Shown here: positions 10,543 to 21,425 of the stretch, one piece after another
Layout: every line of letters starts with the position of its first letter
Numbering within the stretch: position 1 is the stretch's first letter
Origin: Stella sp.
GTDB lineage: Bacteria > Pseudomonadota > Alphaproteobacteria > ATCC43930 > Allostellaceae
Length of the DNA stretch: 64,000 nt
Reading direction: 5' to 3'
Assembly: GCF_041913585.1 (NCBI RefSeq)
Contig: NZ_JAYSFE010000001.1
Span: forward strand, 67,033 to 131,032
Position numbers and translations under genes: made by a program
Notes under the pieces: generated by a model
What the model was told of the DNA's origin: nothing
The model's database searches: none
The model's input: only the letters and a program-made list of their open reading frames with translations

Positions 10543-11214
10543 ATGGGGCTGACCCTGCTGGCGCTCGATTCGGCCGGGGCCGCCTGTTCGGCGGCCCTGT
10601 GGCGGGACGGCCGCGTGGTCGCCGCGCGCCGTCTTGCGACCGAGCGCGGCCATGCGCAGCACCTGGCGCCGCTGGTGGCGGCGGTCCTGGACGCGCCCGG
10701 CGGCCGGGTGCCGCTCGACGGCGTCGTCGCGACGACCGGACCCGGCAGCTTCACCGGCCTGCGCGTCGGCCTCGCGCTCGCCCAGGGCGTGGCGCTGGCG
10801 GCCGGCGTGCCGGCCTGGGGCGTATCGAGCTTCCGCGTCCATGCCGAGGCGGCGGGCGCCGCGCCCGGCCGGCCGCTGCTGGTCGCGCTCGACAGCCGTC
10901 GCGCGGAACTGTTCCTGCAATGGTTCCCGCCGGGCGGGGCCGAGGCGCCCTTCATGGCGACGCCGGCCGCCGCCGCGGAGCGCCTGCGCCGGACCCTGCG
11001 CGGACCGGTCGCCCTCGCCGGCGACGCCGCCGGCCTGCTCGCCGCCGCCCTGGCCGCGGTTGGCGTCCAGTTCGAGGTGCTGCGCGCCGATCCGGCCGAT
11101 GCGGCCGACGTCGCCGCGACCGCCGCCGCCATGCTGGCGGCCGGCGAGGCGATGCCGCCGGCGCGGCCGAGCTACCTCCGGCCGCCCGACGTCACCGTCG
11201 CGGCGCCGGCGTGA
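10543..11214 (+). CDS. tsaB: t6A tRNA modification protein TsaB
   Basis: LALDSAG..CSAAL, RGHAQHLAP, GPGSFTGLRVG. Confidence 0.93.
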   Translation: MGLTLLALDSAGAACSAALWRDGRVVAARRLATERGHAQHLAPLVAAVLDAPGGRVPLDGVVATTGPGSFTGLRVGLALAQGVALAAGVPAWGVSSFRVHAEAAGAAPGRPLLVALDSRRAELFLQWFPPGGAEAPFMATPAAAAERLRRTLRGPVALAGDAAGLLAAALAAVGVQFEVLRADPADAADVAATAAAMLAAGEAMPPARPSYLRPPDVTVAAPA

Positions 11215-11726
11215 GGATCCTCGCCATCGGCCCCGGCGACGGCGCATGGCTCGCCGCCCTGCATCGCGCCTGCTTCCCCGACGATGCTTGGGACGCCGAT
11301 GCCTGGGCGAGCCTGCTCGCCCAGCCCGGCGTCCGCGGCGCTGCTCTGGTCGAGGCGGACGAGCCGATCGGCTTCGTGCTCGTGCGGCATGCCGCCGACG
11401 AGGCGGAGATCCTGACGATCGGCGTCGCGCCCGGCCGCCGGCGGGCGGGCTGCGGACGGCGACTGCTCGACCATGCCGTGGCCGGCCTTCCCGCCGACGT
11501 CGCCACCGTCCATCTCGAGGTCGCGGTCGACAATCCCGCCGCGCTCGCCCTCTATGGCCGGTCCGGCTTCGCACCGGTCGGGCGCCGCCGGGGCTACTAC
11601 CGGCGCCGGGACGGCTCGGTGGATGCCTTGATGTTAAGTCTCGTTCGCGCTAATGGTTTGTCCGGCAACTGGAAATCCGACGCTGGTCCGGGCAACCATG
11701 GTCGCGAAACCCCTGAGCGGGTATAG
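11211..11726 (+). CDS. rimI: RimI-like GNAT acetyltransferase with atypical C-terminal tail
   Basis: GTG overlaps tsaB stop; DEAEILTIGV, HLEVAVDNPAALALY, GRRRGYY. Confidence 0.88.
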   Translation: MRILAIGPGDGAWLAALHRACFPDDAWDADAWASLLAQPGVRGAALVEADEPIGFVLVRHAADEAEILTIGVAPGRRRAGCGRRLLDHAVAGLPADVATVHLEVAVDNPAALALYGRSGFAPVGRRRGYYRRRDGSVDALMLSLVRANGLSGNWKSDAGPGNHGRETPERV

Positions 11727-11728
11727 TC

Positions 11729-12178
11729 ATGGATCGACCGAAAACGGAGAGCCCGGTGCCCTCGCGTATCGAACGCCTTTGCATCGACAAGGGCCTGAAG
11801 ATGACCGAACAGCGGCGCATCATCGCGCAGGTGCTGTCGGAATCGACGGACCACCCCGACGTGGAGTCCGTCCACCGCCGGTCGACCGAGATTGACCCGC
11901 GGATTTCGATCGCCACCGTGTACCGCACGGTGCGGCTGTTCGAGGAGGCGAACATCCTCAACCGCCACGATTTCGGTGACGGGCGTGCGCGCTACGAGGA
12001 GACGCCCGACGAGCACCACGACCATCTCATCGACGTGGAGAGCGGCCGGGTGATCGAGTTCCACAACGAGGAGATCGAGGCGTTGCAGGAGCGGATCGCC
12101 GCCAGCCTGGGCTTCAAGCTGGTCGGACATCGGCTGGAGCTCTACGGCGTTCCGCTGGACCGCGCGAAGAAGCGCTGA
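11729..12178 (+). CDS. fur: Fur-family regulator (Fur/Mur type)
   Basis: KMTEQRRII, DHPDVE, ISIATVYRTVRLFEE, HHDHLID. Confidence 0.95.
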   Translation: MDRPKTESPVPSRIERLCIDKGLKMTEQRRIIAQVLSESTDHPDVESVHRRSTEIDPRISIATVYRTVRLFEEANILNRHDFGDGRARYEETPDEHHDHLIDVESGRVIEFHNEEIEALQERIAASLGFKLVGHRLELYGVPLDRAKKR

Positions 12179-12190
12179 TCCGGATCTCCG

Positions 12191-13051
12191 ATGACCGCCG
12201 AGACGAGTTCCGCCGGGCCTGTCCCGCCCGCTCCCGCCGAGGCGGCCGAAGGTCCGGGCGGGGACGGAGCGCTCTCCATCCGATCCGGCGCGATGGAGGT
12301 GCGGCTGGCGCGGACAGCGGCGGAGATCGACGCCTCGCAGGCGCTGCGCTACCGCGTCTTCTACGAGGAGATGGCGGCCCGGCCGACGCCGGAGATGGCG
12401 CGCCGCGCGCGCGACTTCGACGATTTCGACCCCCTGTGCGACCACCTCCTGGTCATCGACCACGGCCGCGGCGAGGGGGCCTCGTCGGTGGTCGGCACCT
12501 ACCGGCTGATCCGGCGGACGGTGGCGGCGCAGCATGGCGGCTTCTACTCGGCCGCCGAATACGACATCGCCAAGCTGGAGCGGCTGCCCGGGGAGATTCT
12601 CGAGCTCGGCCGATCCTGCGTCGATGCCGGCTACCGGACCCGCCCGACGATGCAGCTCCTGTGGCGCGGCATCGCGGAGTACGTGTTCCATCACCGCATC
12701 TCGCTGATGTTCGGCTGCGCCAGCCTGCCCGGCACCGACCCGGCCACGCTCGCGCTGCCCCTCTCCTACCTCTACTACCATCATCTCGCGCCCGAGCCGC
12801 TGCGGCCGCGGGCGCTCGAGGACCGCTATGTCGACATGCGGCTGCTGCCGCCGGAGGCGGTCGAGCCGCTCCGGGCGCTGGCCGTCCTGCCGCCGCTGGT
12901 GAAGGGCTATCTGCGCCTCGGCGGCTTCGTCGGCGACGGGGCGGTGGTGGACGAGCAGTTCAACACCACGGACATCTGCATCGTCGTCAAGACCGACCTC
13001 GTCACCGACAAGTACTACAAGCACTACGAGCGCCGCTCGCGAGAGGGTTGA
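12191..13051 (+). CDS. olsB: Ornithine lipid N-acyltransferase OlsB
   Basis: QALRYRVFYEEM, DFDDFDPLCDHLLVID, LELGRSCV, LPPLVKGYLRLG; next to olsA-like gene. Confidence 0.9.
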   Translation: MTAETSSAGPVPPAPAEAAEGPGGDGALSIRSGAMEVRLARTAAEIDASQALRYRVFYEEMAARPTPEMARRARDFDDFDPLCDHLLVIDHGRGEGASSVVGTYRLIRRTVAAQHGGFYSAAEYDIAKLERLPGEILELGRSCVDAGYRTRPTMQLLWRGIAEYVFHHRISLMFGCASLPGTDPATLALPLSYLYYHHLAPEPLRPRALEDRYVDMRLLPPEAVEPLRALAVLPPLVKGYLRLGGFVGDGAVVDEQFNTTDICIVVKTDLVTDKYYKHYERRSREG

Positions 13052-13055
13052 GGGC

Positions 13056-13892
13056 ATGGGGTCCCCGGTCCTGGCCGCGGTACGGCTCACGCTCTACCTG
13101 CTCTTCACCCTGCCGCTGATGCCGGTGCAGTGGCTGGCGATCCGCACGAGCCGCCGCACGGCCGTCGGCCTGCCCCTCTTCTACCATCGCGTCTGCCTGC
13201 GCATCCTCGGCATGCGGGTCGAGCGGCACGGCGAGCGCGCGCCGCATCATCCGACGCTGTTCGTCGTCAACCATTGCTCCTACCTCGACATCGCCGTGCT
13301 GGGCTCGCTGATCGGCGGCAGCTTCGTCGCCAAGGCCGAGGTGGCGGGCTGGCCGCTCTTCGGCTGGCTGGCGAAGCTGCAGCGGACGGTCTTCGTCGAC
13401 CGCCAGCGGCGGACCGGCGCCTCCGAGCAGCGGGACGAGATCGCCGGCCGGCTGGCCGCGGGCGACGACCTGATCCTGTTCCCGGAAGGCACGAGCAGCG
13501 ACGGCAACCGCGTCCTGCCGTTCAAGACCGCGCTCTTCGCCGTCGCCGAGCGGCGGGTGGAGGGGCGCCCGCTCACCATCCAGCCGGTGACGATCGCCTA
13601 TGTCCGGCTCGATGGCATCCCGCTCGGGCACGGCCTGCGACCCTTCTATGCCTGGTACGGGGACATGGATCTCGGCGGCCATCTGTGGAGGCTGGCGGGG
13701 CTCGGCGACTGCACCGTCTCGGTCGAGTTCCACCCGCCGGTGACCATCGAGGAGTTCGGGTCGCGCAAGGCGCTCGCCGCCCATTGCCGGTCGGCCGTGG
13801 TGGCCGGCATGGACCGGGCGCTCGCCGGCCGCTGGCCCGCGGCCACGGCGCCGGCACCGGCACCGGCGCGGGGAGATCCGGCGACCGCGTGA
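13056..13892 (+). CDS. olsA: Lyso-ornithine lipid/lysophospholipid acyltransferase (OlsA/PlsC family)
   Basis: NHCSYLD (HxxxxD), [16 protein letters not shown]. Confidence 0.85.
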   Translation: MGSPVLAAVRLTLYLLFTLPLMPVQWLAIRTSRRTAVGLPLFYHRVCLRILGMRVERHGERAPHHPTLFVVNHCSYLDIAVLGSLIGGSFVAKAEVAGWPLFGWLAKLQRTVFVDRQRRTGASEQRDEIAGRLAAGDDLILFPEGTSSDGNRVLPFKTALFAVAERRVEGRPLTIQPVTIAYVRLDGIPLGHGLRPFYAWYGDMDLGGHLWRLAGLGDCTVSVEFHPPVTIEEFGSRKALAAHCRSAVVAGMDRALAGRWPAATAPAPAPARGDPATA

Positions 13893-13926
13893 CGATGCGG
13901 CCGCCGGCGCCTCGCGGAAGCGTCAC

Positions 13927-13954
13927 TTGACAGCCCCCGGCGCGGTGCTAGGGT
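13927..13954 (+). promoter_or_regulatory. Candidate sigma70 promoter for miaB operon
   Basis: TTGACA-N16-TAGGGT with TG just before the -10. Confidence 0.6.
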
Positions 13955-14025
13955 CGCGGCGGCCCCGGTCCCAGGAGGATCGCTCGCGTGGGACGCTTGG
14001 TCCGCGCGAACGGGGCGATACGGCA

Positions 14026-15437
14026 TTGACCAGGAAGCTGCACCTCAAGACCTACGGCTGCCAGATGAACGTCTACGACTCCGCCCGCATGGCGGACGTC
14101 CTGGCGCCGCTCGGCTATGCGCTCACCGATGACGCGGACGAGGCCGATCTCGTCATCCTCAATACCTGCCATATCCGCGAGAAGGCGGGCGAGAAGGTCT
14201 ATTCCGAACTCGGTCGCCTGCGCCCCCTGAAGGCGGCCCGGCAGGCCGAGGGCGGCGACCTGCTGCTCGCCGTCGCCGGCTGCGTCGCCCAGGCCGAGGG
14301 GGCGGAGGTCGTGCGCCGCGCCCCGCACGTCGACATCGTCGTCGGGCCGCAGTCCTATCACCAGCTGCCGGAACTGATCGCCCGGGCGACCCGCGCCGCA
14401 TCCGGGCCGGCGTCCGGCCCGGGACGCGGCATCGTCGCGACCGATTTCCCGGCCGAGCCGAAGTTCGACGCCCTGCCGCAGCCGTCGGAGGCGCAGGACG
14501 TGTCGGTGTTCCTGGCCGTCCAGGAAGGGTGCGACAAGTTCTGCACCTTCTGCGTCGTGCCGTACACGCGCGGCGCCGAGTATTCCCGCCCCGCCGCCGA
14601 CATCCTCGCCGAGGCCCGCCGGCTGGTGGCGCTGGGCGCGCGCGAGATCACGCTGCTCGGCCAGAACGTCAACGCCTGGCACGGCGACGGCCCCGAGGGG
14701 CGTTCGTGGGGCTTCGGCCGGCTCGTCCGCGCGCTGGCCGACGGCGTGCCCGGGCTGGCGCGGATCCGCTACACGACCTCCCATCCGCTCGACATGGACG
14801 ACGACCTGATCGCGGCCCATGGCGAGGTTCCGGCGCTCATGCCGTTCCTGCACCTGCCGGTCCAGTCGGGATCGGACGATGTTCTGGCGCGGATGAACCG
14901 GCGCCATACCGCCCGCCAGTACGAGGCGATCGTCGACCGGCTGCGCCGGGCGCGGCCCGACATCGCGCTGTCATCCGACTTCATCGTCGGGTTCCCGGGC
15001 GAGAGCGACCGCGACTTCGCCGAGACGCTGGCGCTGATCGAGCGGGTCGGCTTCGCCCAGGCCTTCTCGTTCAAGTACAGCCCGCGGCCGGGGACGCCCG
15101 CGGCCGGCGAGCCCCGGCAGATCGGCGAGCCGGAAAAGCAGGCGCGGCTGGCCGCGGTGCAGGATCTGCTGCGGCGCCAGCAGGACGAATTCAACCGCCG
15201 CACGGTCGGCCGCCGCGTCGCGGTCCTGTTCGAGAAGCCGGGGCGTCACCCCGGCCAGCTCGTCGGGCGGACCCCGTGGCTGCAGTCGGTGCACGCCGAG
15301 GGCAAGGTCCGGCTGATCGGCGCCGAGGTCGAGGTCGAGATCACCGGCGTCAGACCCAACAGTCTCGCCGGCCGGGTGGTGACGCAGCCCCCCGGGGACG
15401 GTCCGGCCATGGCCGCCTCGGCCGTTGGCGCCGCCGC

Positions 15438-15441
<4 letters not shown>
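14026..15441 (+). CDS. miaB: tRNA methylthiotransferase MiaB
   Basis: TTG start inferred; [34 protein letters not shown] domain. Confidence 0.96.
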
Positions 15442-16433
<992 letters not shown>

Positions 16434-16444
16434 GGGGCCGGGCG

Positions 16445-16906
16445 ATGGGCGTCCGCATCGGCATCCGCATTCCCCACCGGGCGTGGCGCGATGCGCTGCC
16501 CGATCCGCGGGGGGTGGTGCGGCGCGCCGTCCGGGCGGCGCTGGCCGTCGCCCCGCCGCCCGCGGGCGACACGGAGATGGCGGTGGCGCTGGCCGACGAC
16601 GCCCTGCTGCGCCGGCTCAACCACGAGTATCGCGGGCTCGACAAGCCGACCAACGTCCTGTCGTTCGCGGCGGGCGAGGCGGCACTGCTGGGCGATGTCG
16701 CGATCGCCTACGAGACGACCGCCGCGGAAGCCGCCGCCGCCGGCAAGAGCCTCGGCGACCACCTCTCCCACCTGGTCGTCCATGGCACGCTGCACCTGTT
16801 GGGATTCGATCACGAAACCATGGAGGATGCGGCCGAGATGGAGCCGCTGGAAGTTCGGGCGCTGGCCGCCCTGGGCATCGCCGACCCCTACGAGGAGGCG
16901 GCGTGA
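16445..16906 (+). CDS. ybeY: rRNA maturation endoribonuclease YbeY
   Basis: LNHEYRGLDKPTNVLSF, LGDVAIA, HGTLHLLGFDH. Confidence 0.95.
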   Translation: MGVRIGIRIPHRAWRDALPDPRGVVRRAVRAALAVAPPPAGDTEMAVALADDALLRRLNHEYRGLDKPTNVLSFAAGEAALLGDVAIAYETTAAEAAAAGKSLGDHLSHLVVHGTLHLLGFDHETMEDAAEMEPLEVRALAALGIADPYEEAA

Positions 16907-16908
16907 CG

Positions 16909-17814
16909 ATGAGCGACGGCGACAGTCGATCTAGTCCTTTCGTCGGCGGAGCCCGGCCGCGGCTGCGGCGCCTGCGCGACTGGTGGCGCGGCAAGCGCGG
17001 CCCGCAGCCGGCCGAGAACGGGCTCGGCCCGTCGATCGCCGAACTGATCGAGGAGCGGGCCCAGGAGGAGGGCCCGGTCGACACCCACGAGCGGACGCTG
17101 ATCGCCAATGTCCTGCGTCTGCGCGACGAGACGGCCCGAGATGTCGCCGTGCCGCGGGCGGACATCGTCGCCGTCGACGCCGCGATCGGCTTCGACGCCC
17201 TCGTCCGGCGCTTCGCCGAGGAGCAGCATTCGCGCCTGCCGGTCTATCGCGGGACGCTCGACGAGGTCATCGGCATGGTCCACGTCAAGGACGTGCTCGG
17301 CTTCCTCGATGCGGGCAAGTCGCCGCGCATCGAGAATTTCGTGCGCCGGGTCCTGTTCGTCGCGCCGTCGACCCGCGTCCTCGACCTCCTGCAGCAGATG
17401 CGGCTGTCGCGCATCCACATGGCGCTGGTGGTCGACGAGTTCGGCGGCATCGACGGGCTCGTCACCATCGAGGACCTGGTCGAGGAGATCGTCGGCGAGA
17501 TCGACGACGAGCACGACGTCGTCACCACCCCGCCCGAGATCGTCGAGCGGCCCGACGGCAGCTTCCTCGTCGACGGCCGCGCATCGCCCCACGACGTCGA
17601 GGCGCGGACCGGCATCCCGCTCGGTGCGGCGGCCGAGGAGGAGGACGTCGACACGGTCGGCGGGCTCGTCGCGTCCTTCGCCGGCCGGGTCCCGGTGCGC
17701 GGGGAGGTCGTCCGCCACGATTCGGGCGCCGAGTTCGAGATTCTCGAGGCCGACCCGCGGCGCATCCGGCGGCTGCGCCTGCGCCGCGCGCCGTCGGAGC
17801 CGGCCGGCTCTTGA
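16909..17814 (+). CDS. corC: CBS/CorC_HlyC domain protein (CorC/YbeX)
   Basis: HSRLPVY, IGMVHVKD, VVDEFGGIDGLVTIEDLVEEIVGEIDDEHD. Confidence 0.92.
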   Translation: MSDGDSRSSPFVGGARPRLRRLRDWWRGKRGPQPAENGLGPSIAELIEERAQEEGPVDTHERTLIANVLRLRDETARDVAVPRADIVAVDAAIGFDALVRRFAEEQHSRLPVYRGTLDEVIGMVHVKDVLGFLDAGKSPRIENFVRRVLFVAPSTRVLDLLQQMRLSRIHMALVVDEFGGIDGLVTIEDLVEEIVGEIDDEHDVVTTPPEIVERPDGSFLVDGRASPHDVEARTGIPLGAAAEEEDVDTVGGLVASFAGRVPVRGEVVRHDSGAEFEILEADPRRIRRLRLRRAPSEPAGS

Positions 17815-19406
17815 CGGCGGCCGCGCGCGAGGCCGGCATCGGGCGGCTCGCCGCCCGCCTTCGCGGGCTGGCCGGATGGCGCCGCTGGGCGGCGAGCTTC
17901 GGCCTCGGCGCGCTCGCGTCCCTGGCCCTGCCGCCGGCCTACCTGCTGCCGGCGCTGGCCGTCGCGTTCACGGGGCTGATCTGGCTGCTCGACGGGGCAG
18001 GGCGGCCGCGATCGGCCTTCTGGCTCGGCTGGTGGTTCGGCTTCGGCTACCTCACGGTCGGCCTCTACTGGATCGCAGCCGCGCTCTTCGTCGACATCGC
18101 CCGGTTCTGGTGGCTGCTGCCCTTCACCGTCACCGGCCTGCCGGCATTGCTCGCCGGCGCGACGGGCCTGGCGACCTGGCTCGCCTGGGCGCTGAAGGTC
18201 CGGGGATGGTACCGGGTGCTGGGGCTCGCGGCTGCCTGGGGCTTCGGCGAATGGGTGCGGGTCTGGGCCCTGTCGGGCTTCCCCTGGAACCTGGTCGGCC
18301 AGGTCTGGGGCGTCGCCGACGCCAGCCTGCAGGCGGCCGCGATCCTCGGCGTGCAGGGCCTGGGGATGCTGGCGGTGTTCGTCGCGGCCGCGCCGGCGAC
18401 GCTCGCCGACGCTCCGGGCGGCGTCCGCCGCTGGGCGCCGACCGCGGCGGCCGTCGCCACCGTCCTGGCGATCGCCGGCCTCGGGCTGGTGCGCCTGTCG
18501 GGCGCGCCGGTCGAGATGGTGCCGGACGTGCGCCTGCGTCTCGTCCAGGCCTCCATCCCCCAGATCCTCAAGTGGAACCCGGCCGCCCGGGACGGCATCT
18601 TCCAGCGTCATCTCGACCTGTCCCAGGGACCGGGTTTCGACCGCGTGACCCACGTCGTCTGGCCGGAGACCGCGGGCCCGTCCTTCCTCGACCGCGACCC
18701 CTCACGCCGGGCCGCCATCGCCACCGTGGCGCCGCCGGGCGGGCTGGTCCTGACCGGAACCAACCGGACAACGCCACAGCCGACCGATCCGCCGATGGTG
18801 TGGAACGCGATGCAGGCGATCGACCCGACCGGCCGGGTCGTCGCCGGCTACGACAAGGCGCATCTCGTGCCGTTCGGCGAGTATCTGCCGCTGCGGGCCA
18901 TTCTCGGGCGCCTCGGCATGTCCAAGGTGACGGCGGGCACGATCGACTTCTCGGCCGGCCCCGGGCCACGGACGCTGGATCTCGACGGTCTGCCGCCGGT
19001 CGGGCCGCTCATCTGCTACGAGGTCATCTTTCCGGGCGCCGTCGTCGATCCGGCGCGCCGTCCGGAATGGCTCCTCAACCTGACCAACGACGGCTGGTAC
19101 GGCCGCACCGCCGGGCCGCACCAGCACCTGGAGATCGCCCGCGCCCGTGCGGTCGAGGAAGGGCTGCCGCTGGTGCGCTCGGCCAACAACGGCATTTCCG
19201 CGGTCTTCGACGCCTACGGCCGCGAGCAGGGGCGGCTCGAGCTCGACGCCGCCGGCGTCCTGGACAGCGAACTGCCGCGTCCGCTGGCGCCGACGCCCTT
19301 CGCCCGGCTCGGTCAGGCGGTCCCGCTGGCCATGATCGCGCTCGGCCTCGCCGGGGCACTGTTCGGCCGCCGTCGCCGGGGGCCGGGCCGTCCATTACAG
19401 GATTGA
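17811..19406 (+). CDS. lnt: Apolipoprotein N-acyltransferase
   Basis: TTG overlapping corC stop inferred; GFPWNL, WPETA, YDKAHLVPFGEY, ICYEVIF, TNDGW, RAVEEG. Confidence 0.96.
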   Translation: MTAAAREAGIGRLAARLRGLAGWRRWAASFGLGALASLALPPAYLLPALAVAFTGLIWLLDGAGRPRSAFWLGWWFGFGYLTVGLYWIAAALFVDIARFWWLLPFTVTGLPALLAGATGLATWLAWALKVRGWYRVLGLAAAWGFGEWVRVWALSGFPWNLVGQVWGVADASLQAAAILGVQGLGMLAVFVAAAPATLADAPGGVRRWAPTAAAVATVLAIAGLGLVRLSGAPVEMVPDVRLRLVQASIPQILKWNPAARDGIFQRHLDLSQGPGFDRVTHVVWPETAGPSFLDRDPSRRAAIATVAPPGGLVLTGTNRTTPQPTDPPMVWNAMQAIDPTGRVVAGYDKAHLVPFGEYLPLRAILGRLGMSKVTAGTIDFSAGPGPRTLDLDGLPPVGPLICYEVIFPGAVVDPARRPEWLLNLTNDGWYGRTAGPHQHLEIARARAVEEGLPLVRSANNGISAVFDAYGREQGRLELDAAGVLDSELPRPLAPTPFARLGQAVPLAMIALGLAGALFGRRRRGPGRPLQD

Positions 19407-19488
19407 CATCTCGCGGGCGTTGACGGTCGGTCGCTGCTGCCATACCTACACCAGCAAGTTGTCCTCCTTCCCCGTTTTCAGGAACATC

Positions 19489-19962
19489 ATGGCAGAATCC
19501 GTTCGCGGCCCGCGCAAGGGCCCCACCCGCAGCAAGGCCGAGGCGCCGGACCCGATCGACGTCCATGTCGGTCAGCGCGTGCGCAAGCGCCGCGTCGAAC
19601 TCGGAATGAGCCAGGAAAAGCTCGGCGCTGCGCTCGGCCTGACCTTCCAGCAGGTCCAGAAGTACGAGCGGGGGGCCAACCGGATCGGCGCCAGCCGGCT
19701 GTTCGACCTTTCGCGGGTGCTCGAAGTGCCGATCGCCTATTTCTTCGAGGAGATGCCGGACGCCGCGCTCGGCCCGACCTCGCGCGCCCGCCGCGGCCTG
19801 TCCGCCTCCACGGCCGCGCCCTACGAGCCCGATCCGATGGCCAAGCGCGAGACGATGGATCTCGTCCGTGCCTATTACCGCATCCCGGACAACGGCGTGC
19901 GCAAGCGTCTCTTCGAATTGACCAAGTCGTTGGCGGTCGCCGACCAGACGCCGTCGATTTGA
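19489..19962 (+). CDS. phrR: XRE-family HTH regulator, PhrR/PraR type
   Basis: [39 protein letters not shown]; sits between lnt and metK as phrR does in rhizobia. Confidence 0.8.
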   Translation: MAESVRGPRKGPTRSKAEAPDPIDVHVGQRVRKRRVELGMSQEKLGAALGLTFQQVQKYERGANRIGASRLFDLSRVLEVPIAYFFEEMPDAALGPTSRARRGLSASTAAPYEPDPMAKRETMDLVRAYYRIPDNGVRKRLFELTKSLAVADQTPSI

Positions 19963-20038
19963 CCGAAACCGCTTGACGGAACCGGCGGGGGTCGGCACCA
20001 ACTCAGGGCTGTCCTTCCCCAAGACGAGGCGTCGTCCC

Positions 20039-21205
20039 GTGCCCCGCGGTTCCTATCTCTTCACCAGCGAGTCGGTCGCCGAAGGCCATCCCGACAAGGT
20101 CTGCGACCGGATTTCCGACGCGATCGTCGATCTCTATCTCGGCCACGACCCCCAGGCGCGGGTCGCCGTCGAGACGCTCGCGACGACCAACCACATCGTG
20201 CTCGCGGGCGAGGTGCGCGGCCCCGCCGCGATCACGCCCGCGACGCTCGAGGAGACGGCGCGGGCCGCGGTCCGGGACATCGGATACGAGCAGGAGGGCT
20301 TCCACTGGAAGCACGCCAAGGTCGATGTCCTCGTCCATGCCCAGTCGGCCGACATCGCGGTCGGCGTCGATGCCGCCGGGAACAAGGACGAGGGTGCCGG
20401 CGACCAGGGCATCATGTTCGGCTATGCCTGCCGCGAGACCGAGACCCTGATGCCGGCGCCGATCCACTATGCGCACGCCATCCTGCGGTCGCTGGCCGAG
20501 GCGCGCCATTCGGGCGCGGCACCCGGCCTCGGGCCCGACGCCAAGAGCCAGGTGACCCTGCTCTACGAGAACGGGCGGCCGGTCCGCGCCACCTCGATCG
20601 TCGTCTCGACGCAGCACGCCGCCCATCTCGAGCAGGCGGAGGTGCGCGAGATCGTCCGCCCGCACGTCCTGAACTGCCTGCCGAAGGGCTGGATGTGCAG
20701 CGAGGACGAGTTCTACGTGAACCCGACCGGCCGCTTCGTCATCGGCGGCCCGGACGGCGACTGCGGCCTGACCGGGCGCAAGATCATCGTCGACACCTAC
20801 GGCGGCGCGGCGCCGCACGGCGGTGGGGCCTTCTCGGGCAAGGATCCGACCAAGGTCGACCGTTCGGCGGCCTACGCCGCCCGCTACCTGGCGAAGAACG
20901 TCGTCGCCGCCGGCCTCGCCGACCGCTGCGCCATCCAGGTGTCCTACGCGATCGGCGTCTCCAAGCCGCTGTCCGTCTATGTCGACACCTACGGCACCGG
21001 CATGGAGCACGAGGAACGTCTGGCCACCATCCTGCCTTCCATCGTCGACCTGTCGCCGCGCGGCATCCGGGAGCGCCTGGGCCTCAACCGCCCGATCTAT
21101 GCCCGGACGGCCGCCTACGGGCATTTCGGGCGGGCGCCCGATCCCGACGGCGGCTTCTCGTGGGAGCGCCTCGACCTGGTGGAGGCGATCAAGGGAGCGT
21201 TGTGA
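20039..21205 (+). CDS. metK: S-adenosylmethionine synthase
   Basis: [43 protein letters not shown]. Confidence 0.98.
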   Translation: MPRGSYLFTSESVAEGHPDKVCDRISDAIVDLYLGHDPQARVAVETLATTNHIVLAGEVRGPAAITPATLEETARAAVRDIGYEQEGFHWKHAKVDVLVHAQSADIAVGVDAAGNKDEGAGDQGIMFGYACRETETLMPAPIHYAHAILRSLAEARHSGAAPGLGPDAKSQVTLLYENGRPVRATSIVVSTQHAAHLEQAEVREIVRPHVLNCLPKGWMCSEDEFYVNPTGRFVIGGPDGDCGLTGRKIIVDTYGGAAPHGGGAFSGKDPTKVDRSAAYAARYLAKNVVAAGLADRCAIQVSYAIGVSKPLSVYVDTYGTGMEHEERLATILPSIVDLSPRGIRERLGLNRPIYARTAAYGHFGRAPDPDGGFSWERLDLVEAIKGAL

Positions 21206-21360
21206 TGGCGAATGCGCTGCGCGGTGCCCTGCTGCTGGTCCTGACGTTCGCCGCCATGTCCGGCGCGGCCTGCACGCCGCGCTTCGACATGGTGGGCGAG
21301 GAGGCGACCGGCGACCCGGTCGCCAACAAGCGGGTCGGCCAGGAGCCGCGGGCGCAGTAG
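21205..21360 (+). CDS. Hypothetical small lipoprotein (51 aa)
   Basis: ATG overlaps metK TGA, GGAG about 7 nt upstream; basic/hydrophobic signal ending GAA-C23. Confidence 0.6.
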   Translation: MANALRGALLLVLTFAAMSGAACTPRFDMVGEEATGDPVANKRVGQEPRAQ

Positions 21361-21425
21361 CCCCCATCCAGCGATTCCGCCGGCCACGGCGGCCGGCGCC
21401 GTCTGCAGCGATACCGGAGAAAGCG

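Noticed and set aside
16909-17814. Hemolysin/toxin
   Set aside because: CBS-CorC protein in the conserved miaB-phoH-ybeY-corC-lnt operon; housekeeping
19963-20038. SAM-II or SAM-SAH riboswitch upstream of metK
   Set aside because: Region is short and I cannot find the conserved cores; an Infernal/Rfam scan would settle it
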